Part shown: piece by piece, positions 20,377 to 33,367 of the stretch
How the letters are laid out: each line of letters begins with the position of its first letter
Numbering within the stretch: the first letter of the stretch is position 1
From: Prorocentrum cordatum
Lineage: Eukaryota
Assembly: GCA_963575745.1 (NCBI GenBank)
Contig: CAUYUJ010000145.1
Coordinates: forward strand, 62,001 to 117,650
Length of the DNA stretch: 55,650 nucleotides
Reading direction: 5' to 3'
Notes under the pieces: generated by a model
Told to the model about the DNA's origin: nothing
What the model saw: only the letters and a program-made list of their open reading frames with translations
The model's database searches: none
Program-made: the position numbers and the translations under genes

Positions 20377-20629
20377 CGCCCCCTTGGAAGCTCGGCGTGT
20401 GACTAGAGTCGAGCTTTCAACCGACTCCAGAAAAGGTAAGCTAGGCCGGGGCGCCCCCCCAGGCAAAATAAGCATGGCCATCAGCGCGCTATACCACAAA
20501 GGGTCTGAGCATATCAGGAGAAAATGACTGATGTCAAGCATGGCAAATGGAACGTGAGCTCAGCAAATCTCGCACTGTTCCTTTTTTCACAGTGCAACGC
20601 GTAGCCGCTCAAAGCCCTCACCCTGCGCC

Positions 20630-21210
20630 TCAGTGCAGAAAAAGTCCTCGAGCCTCGGTTGCACTCCCAGCATGCACCTCAAAGAAGGCACCGTGCATGC
20701 TGATCGACAATTGCTGGAAACGTGGAGTAGCCCATCTCCCCTTGTACGTTGTCTGCGATTGAGTGCCAACCGTCCTCATCATGCGGTTGCTCTGATCCAC
20801 CGTCGACCTGGTCGACGTGGATGACATGCAGCCAATGCCTGAGTCGATCCTCTTGTCCTTCGCGCGTTCGAGTCACCGGGCTCGTTCTGGACGAGGGGCC
20901 ACTCCTGCCCCCCCCCCCCCCAGCTGGCGTAGCGGAACCCCGCGTAGCCGAAGACGGCGGCCACGACCAGCGCCCAGACGACCAGCATCTGCCAGTAGTT
21001 CGTCCAGTCGCTCGCGACCGCGCCGCCCTTGGAGCAAACCTCTGTGTCGTAGTGGCCGTCGTACTCGGTGGCGGGTCCTTCGCACCCTTGAAGAAGCGCC
21101 ACCGCCGCCGTGATCATCGCCAGGGCCGCTGAGCGGGTCGCACTCGGTGAAGCGGCCACGCCTGGGGCGCGCCGAACCCGAGCCGCCGCCCCCCACGTCG
21201 AAGTCCACAT
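20630..21210 (-). pseudogene. Copia post-RNase H tail with two hydrophobic helices and a TQSQTTY...PRF motif
   Basis: ALAMITAAVALLQGC and YWQMLVVWALVVAAVFGYAGF, then RTVGTQSQTTYKGRWATPRF in another frame. Confidence 0.5.
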
Positions 21211-21244
21211 CCTCCGACTGGCGGTCGCTCTCCGCGACCTGGCC

Positions 21245-23135
21245 CATGTCCGTGTAGATGCCGCTCATCGCCCTGAGCTTGACGAAGCGCCCGTGCCCGA
21301 GGATCTCCGTGCCCAGGTCGGCCTTGTTGTCGTCGGTGCCGACGGCCCCAAGGTCCATCAGCTTGCTCTCGATCGCCTGCTGGAGCCAAAACACGCGCGC
21401 CTCCAGGCCCCTGGCCTTGCCAACTCCCTCGCTTTTGGCAATCCCTCGGGCCGCCGACGAATCCGTCAGAAGAGTGGTCGCCACCGTGAAGCCCATGAAC
21501 TCCAGAAACGACTTGAAGTAAAAGAGATCCTCGGCGACTGCCGTCGCCGCGTAGTACTCTGCCACTCCCGAGCTGGTCGCCACGATCCCCTGGCGCCTGC
21601 TGAAGGAGTGCATGGGAACGTTGTAAATCTCGATATTGCCGCTCGGCTGCGACCTCCTCGTCTGCAGGTCGCCTGCCCAGTCGCTGTCGCCATGGCCCAC
21701 CAGCTCCACGTTCGTGCCTTCCGCCGGCCTCGGAAGCCAGTTCACCGCGCCCCTCGTGCCCATCAGGTACCTGGCCAGCCTCTGAGTGCGGTGAAGGCGC
21801 CGAATGTGGGGCCCGACAACACCCGTCCTAGCAAGCTCACCTCATACTGGCAATCCGCCCTGTCCTGGGCGCAGTACATCAGCACCCCCACGCACGATCG
21901 GTTGATGCCAGCCTGAACGGAAGATAGGGCAGAAATGCTCCCCATGAGCGCCTTGTGAGCTGGCACTCCCGGCGTGGGCGCCGTGCTCGCTCTCCCGAGG
22001 CCGAGGGTCTCCACCACATAGTCCAGGTACTTCGGGTTCGCCTTCAGCTCCGTCCCGTGCTCGAACCGCGTCCTCAGCCTCTTCAGGTGCTCGCGGGTGG
22101 TGCCGTACTCGTGGATATCGCCGCCGCTGAAGGTCACGTGCTGGCCCAGCTCGTCGCGGGAGCTCTCCAGCGCGCCCCGTGGTCCTGCCATGTGCAGGTC
22201 GTCCATGTGGAGCTCGACCACCACCTCAGTCTCCGAGTTGTAGAAGAACTGCGGGGCCATCTCGCACCTCGCCGTGCGCATCTCGCCCATGAGGACGCCC
22301 GCCATGTGCCCCACCCAGCCAGGCGCCGCCGTGCGCCTGCCAGGCAGCTGCCTCTTCAGCTTCCAGTAGATGTCCGTGCTCTTGCCCTCTGCCTGCAGCC
22401 TGTCCAGGTACTCCTGCGGTGGATCCACCACCGCGTCCTCGTGCTCGGGCGCCTGGTAGGAGGCGTCCGTCGCGTCCAGCGGCATCACCTCGAAGCCGCG
22501 CTTGATGGCCACGAAGTCGATGAGCCTGTTGGAGATCGGAGCCGATCCTGGCGCGAAGAGGTCGTCGCGCCACTCCTGCCAGCGGAACTCGCGGCAGACA
22601 AATCTCACCTTGCGCTGCCACTCCTGTCGCGCAGGCTTCCACCTCCACTGCTTATCCCAGCGGGTGGCGATGTGCTTCATCCCCCTCGCCTCCGACTTTG
22701 GGGCGTCCTCGCCGGCGCCGTGGTCCAGGAGGCTCTGCAGGTGCTCAAGCGTGAGCTTCTTGTCCAACTCGTCCTGCGCGTCCACGTCGAACATGACCTC
22801 GGTCGGGTCCTCGACCTCATCCGAGATCTCCTCCCAGAACGCGTCGGGCGGGTCGCCCATGTTGCCGACGTCCAGCTCGTGGACCGCTGCAACCCGCGCT
22901 CGCTTGCTCTCTGAGGCCTCCGCCTCAGGCGGCAGCCCGCTCCTCTCTGCCTGTGGGGGCGGCGCCCCCATGGCCACATCTCCTGGCGCTGGCTGCGCTG
23001 GCTGCACTGGCTGTTGGGGCTGCGGCTGCGGCTGTGGCTGTCCTGCCGCCACCGCTGGGCCTGGGGCCTGCGGTGGGGCCTGGGGGTGAGCAGGGTCCGT
23101 TCGGCATTCGGGTGGCCCTGCCGACGGTTGTGCAA

Positions 23136-23166
<31 letters not shown>

Positions 23167-25866
23167 ATCCGCCCTAGGGATCTCTGTCGCCACGGGCGGG
23201 GCCGCCCGCGGTCGCCTCGACCGCTCGGGCGCCGTCCTCGTCGCCCAAGGGAGGCCCGTCGCCGACAGCGGGAGATCCTTGTCGGTCTGTCTGCCCTCAG
23301 GTAGTCGTCGCACGGTCCGAGCTCGATCGACCCCTTGAGGCGTCATCATCAGATGCTCCTGAGACTCGCCGGATCTGCCGACCCTGATCCCGCGGCTCCA
23401 CTGCGCCCCCCCGCGGTGTAGCCGCCGTCCTCCACCAAGTCCTCGATGCTTCGGTCGAGCTATTCGATGCGACACTTGTAGAGCGTGCCCGTCGCTATCT
23501 CATATGGGGCATGCACTCCAGCTCGTCGCGAATACCGTTCGTGTAGCCACCCAGCGTGACGCGTCATCCAGGCCCAGATCGGCATCGCCGCCGTGATCTT
23601 GGTGCCGTAGCGCTTCTCAGGATCCAACCTGGGGGCCCGCGTCTGGCCCTCGGCGATCTTCACCGCCGCCTCCGCTGGGTTGGACTGGCTGCTGTGCTTG
23701 GGCGCCAGTTCTGGAATGACCTTACCCGTGAGCTCTGCGACTGCCCCGTCAAGGATCGCCTTCGTTGCAGGCTCAGAGTCGGTCCTGAGTCTACACTTGC
23801 CCGTCTCGAGCCGCTGCGCGAACTGCTTGATGCCTGCAATCGCGTGCGGTGGTGCCGACTTCGATGGGCATGGAGTGGCCTTTACTACTCCAGCGTCCGA
23901 GCTGAACGCCACGAGCATCGTCGCGTAGGTGTCCTCAACCTTCGTCAAGTCCCCGCCCTCATCAGCCGCGTTGCAAAACCCAAAGTCGTAGCTGATGAGC
24001 GGCGCTTGCCGCTCGGAGTCCTCGAGCGCGACCTGAGCGCGGGGGGCGTCGGGTGCCTTGCCGCGGATGCACTCCTCGCACCAGGGCGCGGTTGGCAGAT
24101 GCGTGAGGCGATGCTGCCTCTCCCCCTGAGCGCTCGGAGCCTTCGGTACGGGTAGCTCCCTAGCATCGACTGGGTCGTGCTGGATCCCGAGATGCTCCTT
24201 GACTGCCTGTTTGTGCGCCCTCTCAGCCTCCGATCGCCTGACCGCGGCCTCCGCCGCAATGAGCCTGTCCCAAAGCTCCGCCTTGGCACCGTAGATGGGC
24301 ATGCACAGCTCCCTCAGCCTGGCCCTCATCGCGCCGGCCGAGCTGTCCGCGTTGAGCACAGGAGCCGTCGCCGCATCCTGCCGCTCTGCCGCGCCGCGGC
24401 AGTGGTGGGCCTCAGCTGCGGGGCCCGCCGCGACAATCGGGAGCCTGAGGCTGTTCCTCTCCAGCGTGAGCTGCACGCTGCGATGGCCCTTCGTCATGTA
24501 GAGCCCGTCCTCCAGGCTGAGGTTGGACCTGGGGCCCTGCCTGAGCAGCTTCCCCATGCTCAGCAGATCATCGTGCACGTCGGCGACAAGGAAGTCCGCC
24601 GCCGCCGTGATGCCCTCCTTCATGGTCATCTCTACTCCCCTCGGGCCTGCCGTCGGTAGTGGGCGCTGCTGCACGTCGAAGAGCCTCGGCGCGTCCACCG
24701 CAGCGCTGATGGGGGACTCTGGGACAAATCTGTGCCTGCAGAGATGGTCGTCGCTGCCGCTGTCGATCAAGATGGAGCCCCCAACCTTCGCCACCTTGCT
24801 GCCCGCCTGCGCCGTGACCACAAACACCCAGCCATCGGGCTTGCCGTCGTAGTGGCCCGACGCCGCCTTCACCGCGCCATCCGATGGCTGCTGGCCTGAT
24901 GACGGGGCTGCGTCGCCCTGAACCGCCCGCGTGTGACCTGGCTCCTTCTTCGAGTCGTCGGCCTTCTTCTTCCTGCAGCCCGCCCGCTTGTGGTCCCACT
25001 TGCCGCAGTAGCCGCGCTCGCCGTCAAAGTACTCCGTCTGGTTCTTGCCGTGCTTGCCGCCGTCACGACCCTTAGACTTGGTCTTCGAGTCCTTACCCTT
25101 CTGGTGTCTTCCCGCCCGACTTGTCCGACTTGTGTGTCTTGCCCTTGCCGCTAGCCTTGCCATTGGGAAGCTGGACACGGACTGCACCCACCTGCATCGG
25201 GACGAGCCCACCGACGTCTGGGACGTGAGTGAACGTCCTTCCCTGATTGTAGCGGCCCCTGATGTGACTGCGAGCTGCACTAAACGTGAGCTTCACCTCC
25301 TCTGGGGCCTGTCGCAGCACTTCACGATATGGATCTGGCGCGTGCTCTAGCAGCACGCTCGCCCTGACATTGTCAGAGACGGCTTCGCCGCTCTGACCCA
25401 CGTACTCGGCCACGATCGCCTCCCAGGCTGTGAACGACTGACAGAAGTCGATGCCCGCCTCGCGATCCTTAGCCCACTTGTCCTGCGGGTTCAGGATGAA
25501 CCGCAGCATCGCCGCCCAGCGATTCCCTGCACGACTCTCGTACTCATTCTTGAGCTGGCGCCACGCCTCGAGACCGTTCTTGCGCGAGAGCTTGACCACT
25601 CCCATCGCCTTACCCTCACAGTACATGATCAGCAGGTGCCACAACCGTTGGCTGACCTGCCTCGCGCGCTCGTCGAGCTGGTCGTTCAGCAGCGGGTCCT
25701 GCCTCTGGCCCGCCGCGGTCATGAACTCCTCGAAGCCGAGCAGCGCGGTGTAGGCCTCGAACCTGAGACTGCCGTCTCCCCACTTCTCGTCCGTGCCGTC
25801 GAACCGCTGCAACCGCATGTCAGTCCGCACGTCGACCACCTCGATCGCCGCCATCGCTGCTGACAA
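21245..25866 (-). pseudogene. Copia gag-pol, frameshifted
   Basis: gag (RFDG..EKW), knuckle (R)GYCGKWDHKRAGC, protease LIDSGS, integrase HRLTH..WCEEC / SYDFGF / RTDSEP / SQSNPAE, RT RFVCREF / LHMDDL, RNase H DSDWAGD / SSGVAEYYA / TDSSAA / NKADLGT. Confidence 0.93.
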
Positions 25867-25922
25867 GCAGCCCTCTCGGGCGGGGAGGTCGCGTGGCGCG
25901 CGAGCTCAGCTCCCGTGGCGTG

Positions 25923-25942
25923 GGAACCGCTCTCCGCTACCA
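25923..25942 (-). promoter_or_regulatory. Primer-binding site, initiator tRNA-Met type
   Basis: Minus strand TGGTAGCGGAGAGCGGTTCC directly after the 5' LTR, resembling the complement of the eukaryotic tRNA-iMet 3' end. Confidence 0.8.
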
Positions 25943-26073
25943 TGTAGCTAGATTGATGACGTTGCGCTCATCTCCTGAGCCAAGAGGACCTGTCAGTGAT
26001 GCTCCAATCATGCCATGCCAAGCTGACTCCTGCACAGGGGGGTCTCCGACCCCAGCAAATACAATGCACAACA
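25943..26073 (-). repeat. Copia 5' LTR (131 bp, TG...CA)
   Basis: TG/CA termini, adjacent to the PBS and TSD. Confidence 0.95.
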
Positions 26074-26084
26074 TTAAGTGTCTA

Positions 26085-26540
26085 TGCGTATGCCATACAT
26101 ATACCTATCATACATCCATACACACGTACGCATATATACACATACATACATACATACATACCTACCTACATACATGCATCCATACAAACATACATACACA
26201 CAGACACACATACAGGCACACGTACACACATACACACATACATACACACATACATACATACATACAGGCATGCATACATACGTACATGCATACATGCATA
26301 CGTGCGTACGTACATATATACATACATACACACATGCATAAGTACATGCATGCATACAAACATGCATACACGCATGCATGCATGCATACCTACATACCTA
26401 CATACCTACAAACCTACATACATGCATACATGCACACATACACATACACACCTATATACTTACGTACTCACTGACATGCACACACAAACATACATACGCA
26501 CAAACACGCACATAAACACGTACGTCAACTGTGCATACAT
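26085..26540. repeat. Degenerate (CATA)n microsatellite
   Basis: Direct inspection. Confidence 0.9.
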
Positions 26541-27857
26541 GCGCGGGCCTTGGGCCTGGGGCCCGCCACCTCCAGCCGGTCGGCCAACCTGTTTGATACT
26601 CCCGCTTCGGGGCCTCCGGGAGACCTTCAAAAGCCTCCCGGGCAGCCTGGGAGGCCCCCGAGGAGCCTGGCCCGAAAGAGAGGCCCGAGAGGAACCAGGA
26701 ACGATCCACGGCTCAACCACGTTGGGGCGAGCGTCCTGTGGCTGCCTCATTACCCGAATCTCCTCTCGCCCAGAACCTCCCCCGGGGGGGGGGGGGGGCG
26801 GGCCGGGGGGAGGCGTTTCCCAAGCCCGGCAGCGGCCTGGCACAGGCGGCCCGACAGCACACCCAGTGGTGTTTTGGCTCGACGCCAAGCCCTTCGGAGA
26901 AACCCTCCAGCAATGGCTCGACGTCCTCACGCCCGCATCTCCACATGGGTGTCCGGGGGGAGGCGTCACACTGGCCCGGCGGCTGTTCGTAATCGACTCA
27001 CTACGGTGTTCTGGCTTGATTTCAGCTCTTGCAAATCCAGAACTGGGACTCACTCGGGTGATATGGCTCGATTCCGTCCTGAAGCGAAGCTCACTGTGGT
27101 GTTCTCTCTCAGATCCTGAAATCGAAGTCACTGTTCCGTTTGGGCTCGATTTGGTCGAGAACTGAGGCTCAATGTGGTGTCTGGGTCCATTTCACTTGAA
27201 TGATTCTTATCACCAGGATCTCCACAGGGGGGGTCGAATGTTTTGGTTCGATATCAGCTCTCGCAGATCCAAACATTAGCCTCATTATGGCGTTGCGGTT
27301 CGGTTTCCGCCGTCGCAAATCCAGAACTTGTGGCAGGGGCATCCGGTTCTCAACATTCCAGCTGTCCTAGGTCCAGGAAGTGTGGTTGGGCCATCGGTTT
27401 CTCACCATTCCAGCTGCCAGGAGTGGGGTCGTTCGGCCCCTAATGCTGTTCCAAGCGCGTTCATATAACCATGTCGACATCACATCACGAACGTCGCCCC
27501 CCATCAGCAAGCTGAACTCCGCAGCCGTATCGACAATATGATGAGGCCGTTCTCGCAAGCGGACATTTCAGGCGCCCATCCGCCTCCACTCCTCAGCTGC
27601 AATTTGGGTGCTTTGCGGGGGCAATACGTAGGTACAGAGAAATGTTTATCGTTGCCGCCTTCGCTAGCTTCCGACGGCCAGAGACAGCCCGAGACGCCTC
27701 CCCGGAGACCCCCAAGAGAGCGCCAAAGCGGCCCCAGAAGGCCCCCATACCGCTCAAGAGGGCCCCAAGACGGCCCAAAACATTCACGATGGCACCGACA
27801 CTGCGAGTCCTCCGCCCCGGGATGACCTCCTCCTCCGCCTCCGCCTCCTCCTCCTCC

Positions 27858-28410
27858 TCCACAATTACTCAATACGAATACTACTCTCCCTCTTCCCCTG
27901 ATGACGTGCTGGGAGTGTTGCCCCCCCCCCCCCGCGTCCTGTTTTTTTACACACAGGTTTCCCGGGAGATGGGTTTTCGCTTGCATTTTTTTTTCAAAAT
28001 GCTGCTCTCGCTGAGGCGCCGGCCTCATTTTCGGACCCCGCTCGTTCCGAATCGTGCTCCCGCTGCAGCGCTGGCCTCATTTCCGCGCTTCCGCTCGTTC
28101 CGAATCGTGCTCCCGCTGCAACGCTGGCCTCATTTCCGCGCTTCCGCTTGCTTCGACTCGTGCTCCCGCTGCAGCGCTGGCGTCATTTCCCGTGCCATGC
28201 CACGGCGTGCAATGCAATGCTAGGTTGATACTACGCTTTGCGGTGCTCTTCTACGCCATGCCATGCCGTGCTCTACAATGCATCGCGTACCCTTTCGGGA
28301 TCCTTGCCCTGCTCGACATCCGACTGTGCGAGTAGAGAGGGGATCTGCGCCATGGTAAGGGATGGGAGGGAGGGGTAGGATGTCAGATATGACGCGTTCG
28401 CACCTAGCTT
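27858..28410 (+). mobile_element. Dispersed non-autonomous element D, copy 1 (~53-bp internal tandem repeats, 3' hairpin)
   Basis: Both ends and the internal repeats are shared with 45400-46238; (CCT)n on both flanks. Confidence 0.65.
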
Positions 28411-28735
28411 GTCCTCCCCCCTCTTCTCCTCCTCCTCCTCCTCCTCCTCGTCCTCCTCCTCCTCCTCCTCCTCCTCCTCCTCGTCCTCCTCCTCCTCCTC
28501 CTCCTCCTCCTCCTCCTCCTTGAAGATGCCCCAACAGGCCCCCGAGAGGCTTCCCACGGACAGCGACGAGGAGCAGCATCGGGCGCGCAGCACGGGCACG
28601 CCGAAGGCGTGCCTTCCCCCGTCTGGCCAGGCACGATTCTGTTTCGAACAGGTCCCTGGGCCTGCTCAGAGAGGATCCCGCCAAGAGCTTCCAAGCAGAT
28701 CTGAGGACCTGTTCTCAGTCGTCTCCACTGTGTAC

Positions 28736-30385
28736 TGGCCATCGCTCGGACGTCCATTCCCTGTGCTTTTTTCGGTTTCGTGCGTGGTTTTGTCGCCAAA
28801 TGTGAAGGGGCCCCAGGACACACAAATAAACACACACACAGATAAAAAGATTCCCCATATGTTCCCATATTCCCTGGGTTTCTGTCTTCCCCCCCACTTC
28901 CCATATTTTCCCATATTTTCCTGGGCGTCGACGATTAATTGTGTCTGTGTGTTTTTGTTCCCTTCTGAAAATGATCAAGGATGCTCCTCGAGGGTCCTCG
29001 CCGAAGGAAAAATGCACGTCCGAGCGATGCCAAGATCTTGGGTCCTTCCAAGGGCCCTCCAGTGACTGTGTGGGCCGTCTTGGGCGCCTCTGGGACCGTT
29101 TTGGGACAATTTGGTGCCTCTTGAGCAGCTCTGGGGGGCTTGTGAAAGGCCTGATCGGACTTTGGGGCCGTCTTGGGGCTCTCTTGGGGCTCCTCGGGCA
29201 GCTCTGGGGAGCTTTCTGGGGACCTTTTCGGGCCTCCTGGAGTCACTTGTGGCCTCTTGGAGACTACTGTATGGGCCATCGGATTACTCCAGATTTCGTA
29301 ATAAAAGGGAGGGGGTCTGGACCCTCCAAGACAAGCCATTTCAGACCCCCCCTCGTGGGAGAACCTCCAAAACATCGTCCCCAGACCCCCCCAGGCCCTC
29401 CAAGATGGCCTGGAAGAGACCCCCCCCGAAATGAGACCCCCCTCCCTTTTATTACGAAATCTGGAGTACTGTATGGGCCATCGGTCGGAAGAAGTAGGTA
29501 GAAACATGAAGTAGGAAGGCGTTGGAAATAGATTGGGTTTCCGCCCCGCCTCCTGAGGAGGAGGGGAGAGGGAAAGCCACTCGACTCTTGAAGAAGGAAG
29601 GCGCTGAAAGTAGATTGGGATCTGGGAGTCCAAAAATACCTACTTTCAACGACCGATGGGTACTGTATGGGCCATCGGATTACACGTTCCGTGGGCCACG
29701 TCGGGGTCACGCCAGGACCCCGTCGGGGTCACGTCAAGATGGCCTGGAAGAGGCCCCCCCCGAAATGAGACCCCCTCCCTTTTACTACGAAATCTGGAGT
29801 ACTGTCTGGGCCATCGGATTACTGTATGGGCCTCTTGGAGACTACTGTACCCATCGGTCGGAAGAAGTAGGTAGAAACATGAAGTAGGAAGGCGTTGGAA
29901 ATAGATTGGGTTTCCGCCCGCCTCCTGAGGAGGAGGGAAGAGGGAAAGCCACTCGACTCTTGAGGTAGGAAGGCGCTGAAAGTAGATTGGGATCTGGGAG
30001 TCCAAACATACCTACTTTCAACGACCGATGGGTACTGTATGGGCCATCGGATTACACGCTCCGTGGGCCACGTCGGGGTCACGCCAGGACCCCGTCGGGG
30101 TCACGTCAAGATGGCCTGGAAGAGACCCCCCCCGAAGTGAGACCCCCCTCCCTTTTACTACGAAATCTGGAGTGCTGTATGGGCCATCGGACTACACCTT
30201 CCGTGGGCCGCGTCGGGGCCACGTCAGGACCCCACGGCAAGGGGGGCCTCCAAAAGGGCCCCCGGGCCCGGTTCCTCGTTGCATGTGGTTCCATCCCTTC
30301 TTCGGGCTTCTTGTAACCTACTGTATGGGCCATCGGAGTACACGCTCCGTGGGCCGCGTCGGGGCCACGTCAGGACCCCACGGCA
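28736..30385. repeat. Composite repeat: block shared with 32526-32890, then ~370-bp tandem units (tactgtatgggccatcgg); a further fragment at 49455-49620
   Basis: Direct sequence identity between blocks. Confidence 0.8.
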
Positions 30386-30399
30386 TGGGGGGCGTGTTG

Positions 30400-30441
30400 G
30401 GAGGAGGAGGAGGAGGAGGAGGAGGAGGAGGAGGAGGAGGA

Positions 30442-30472
<31 letters not shown>

Positions 30473-30985
30473 AGGAGGGAGGAGGAGGAAGGAGGAGGAG
30501 CGAGGAGGAGGAGGAGGAGGAGGAGGAGAGGAGGGAGGAGAGGGGAGGAGGAGGAGGGGGAGGAGGAGGGGTCGTGGGCCGCGTCGGGGCCACGCCAGGA
30601 CCCCACGGCACGGGGGGCCTCCAAAAAAAGGGGGGGCCGCGGCAGGCTCGGGAGCGCCCCGGGCGGGCGCGGCAGGGCGGCCGGAGGTCGGAGGTGCCGG
30701 AGGCGCGGCCGCACGCGCACACGGGGGGCCTCTGCCTGGTCGGGCCCTCTTGGGCGGGTTGGGAGGAGGAGGAGGAGGAGGAGGAGGAGGAGGGGGAGGA
30801 GGGGGAGGAGGAGGAGGAGGAGGGGGAGGGGGAGGAGGAGCGAGGAGGAAGAGGAGGAGGAGGGGGAGGGGAGGAGGAGGAGGAGGAGGAGGGGAGGAGG
30901 AGCGGAGGAGGAGGGGGAGGAGGAGGAGGGGGAGGAGGACAAGGAGGAGGAGGAGGAGGAGGAGGAGGAGGAGGAGGAGGAGGAG
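30400..30985. repeat. (GGA)n tracts
   Basis: Direct inspection. Confidence 0.9.
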
Positions 30986-33367
30986 GCTTCTTGGCGCCGC
31001 ACCTCGGCCTCGCAAGAATCTGCCGGCGGTCTCGGCGGCATTCCTGGGGCTCCGCCGCCGCCACTGAGCCGTGCATCCGCGTGGACGCGCGGGCAAAGCC
31101 ACGCCAAACGCGCGCCTGTGCCAGGAGAACATACATACGCACGCCCAACGAGTCCGCGATTCCGTCTGCCAAGCGCGCGGTCTCGGCGGCATTCTTCGGG
31201 CTCCACCGCCACCACTAAGCCGTGCATCCGCGTGGTCGCGTGGGCAAGCCACGCCAAACGCGCGCCTGTGCCAGGAGAGCATACATACGCACGCCAAACG
31301 AGTCCGCGATTCCGTCTGCCAGGCGCGAAACCATTAAGCTATTGCGGCGCCGGCGACGAAGGTGTCAATTCGAGCTCCTGCGCTCGGGTTCCTCTTGGGG
31401 CCCTCTTGGTGCTCTCTTTGGCTGTCTGTTGGGCCGTCTTGGGACTCGCCTGGGCCGTCTTGGGGCCTCTATGGGGGCCTCGTTTGCTTTTCGGGGGCAA
31501 GTTTTTGGGGGCCCTCCGCGCCATGTTGGACGCGGCTAAAACAAGACAGCGAAAATGCAAAATATGCACGATCCCCAAAACAGGAATGGGGCGATTTCAG
31601 CCTCTTGCGACCTCCTTGAAGGACCTCTTGGGGCAGTCTTGCGCTTTGTGGGGAGCTCTGGGTCTGGCCGGTCTTGAAGCTATATTGGGCGGTCTTGAAA
31701 CGATCTTGGGGCGCTCTCGGGTCGTCTTGAAGGCCTCTCGGGTAATCTGAAGCCATCGTGGGTGCTCTTGGAGCTCTCTCGGTGCCCAAAACGGGCCCCG
31801 GGCCCGGGGGGCTTAGGGGGGTGGACCCTTTGCCATTGTGTACAGGGGGCGGCCGGGGGACCGAGAGCATGACAGGCTTCACATAGCGTCCCTCTGCCAA
31901 GCTCGGCACGGTCCTCACACGGACCGTGCCCCCCCGTGAGCTCTACGCTTGGGTCCAGGATCAAAAATGGCATGGCGTCCCTCCCCCCGTCTCGGCACAT
32001 CTTTCACACGGATCGTGCCCAAGAGGGATGTAGCTTCACGTGGGTCCGAACAGGGAGGAATCGCATAACATCACGTCCTCCTGTGTATGTTGACTGTCTC
32101 CTCGCACGGATCGTATCCCACAAGGAGCTCCACCGACAGCCCCAGAGCCAATGTTCGCATCCCTCCGCCCCGCCCATGTCGGCACACCCCTGACCTGGAC
32201 TCTGAGTTCGGGGCGGGGCCTCGCGGCAAGTTTCTCAGGGGCCTCTTGAAGCCATGAGTTGGATCGTCAGTTTGGGGCCTTTTGAGGCTTCTCTAGGAAT
32301 GGAGTGCAGGATGCAGACGCGAGGCGTCCCATACGCTTCTGGGGGCCTATCGGGAGGCCTCATGGGAGCCTCTTGGAAGCATCGAGGGGGCCTCTTCTTG
32401 GAGCCTCCTGTGGGCCTTTTCGAGGCTTGCTGGAGCTCCTGGGCGACCCATTGGAAGCCCGGTGGCGGCCTCGGGAGCTTCGTGGAGGCGGAGGGCTCAA
32501 AATGCCAGTTGGAATTCCCCATCTCTGGCCATCGCTCGGACGTCCATTCTCTGTGTTTTTGTTCGGTTTCGTGCGTGGCTTTTTCGCCAAATGATCAGGG
32601 AATGCTCCTCGATGGCCCTCGCCGAAGGAAACGTGCACACGTCCGAGCGATGCCAAGATCTTGGGTCCCTCCAAGGGCCCTCCAGTGACTGTGTGGGCCG
32701 TCTTGGGCGCCTCTGGGACCGTTCTGGGACAAGTTGGTGCCTCTTGAGCAGCTCTGGGGGGCTTGTGAAAGGCCTGATCGGACTTTGGGGCCGTCTTGGG
32801 GCTCTCTTGGGGCTTCTCGGGCAGCTCTGGGGAGTTTTCTGGGGACCTTTTCGGGCCTCTTGGAGTCACTTGTGGCCTCTTGGAGACTACTGGGGGCGTC
32901 CTGGAAGCCTGTTGGGGATTCTTGGAGGCCTCGGGGGACGTTTGTGAGGCCTCCTGAGAGCCTCTTGGGGGCCTCTTGGAGGCCGCTTGGGGCGTCCTGG
33001 GGGGCCTCTGGGGGGTTTCTTCGGGCTTCTCGTAACCTCCTGGGACCCTTTTGAAGGCGTCCCCCGGCCCTCTGGGCCTCCTGGTGGCCTCGCGGAAGCG
33101 CGAACAGCCCACCGAAAGCGGAAAGGCGAGAAGGCCAAAATCACTGCTTGTCCTTAGGTTTTGAAGGTTTTGAGCTTCTGGGATGCGCTCTAGAGGGTCT
33201 CCTGGAGGTCTCCGGGGCTGTCCTGGGCGCCCCTGGAGGCCAGGCTCGTGGTGACCGTGAGAGGCCCCGGGAGGCCGTCTCGAGGGTGGTTCCGAGCTGT
33301 CGCGGGGCCGCCGGGATGGCGCTCCCTGACGATCTGGGGCGGCCCAAAGGCGGTCCCAGGCCTTGCC

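Larger units (their letters stand above)
20245..26073 (-). mobile_element. Full-length decayed Ty1/Copia LTR retrotransposon
   Basis: Two LTRs, 5-bp TSD TTAAG (20240-20244, 26074-26078), PBS, PPT, domain order gag-PR-IN-RT-RH. Confidence 0.97.

Noticed and set aside
21110..24852. Long plus-strand ORFs opposite Copia pol (also the 5990-7603 overlap in LINE-A)
   Set aside because: Antisense or shadow frames of GC-rich coding sequence with no motifs
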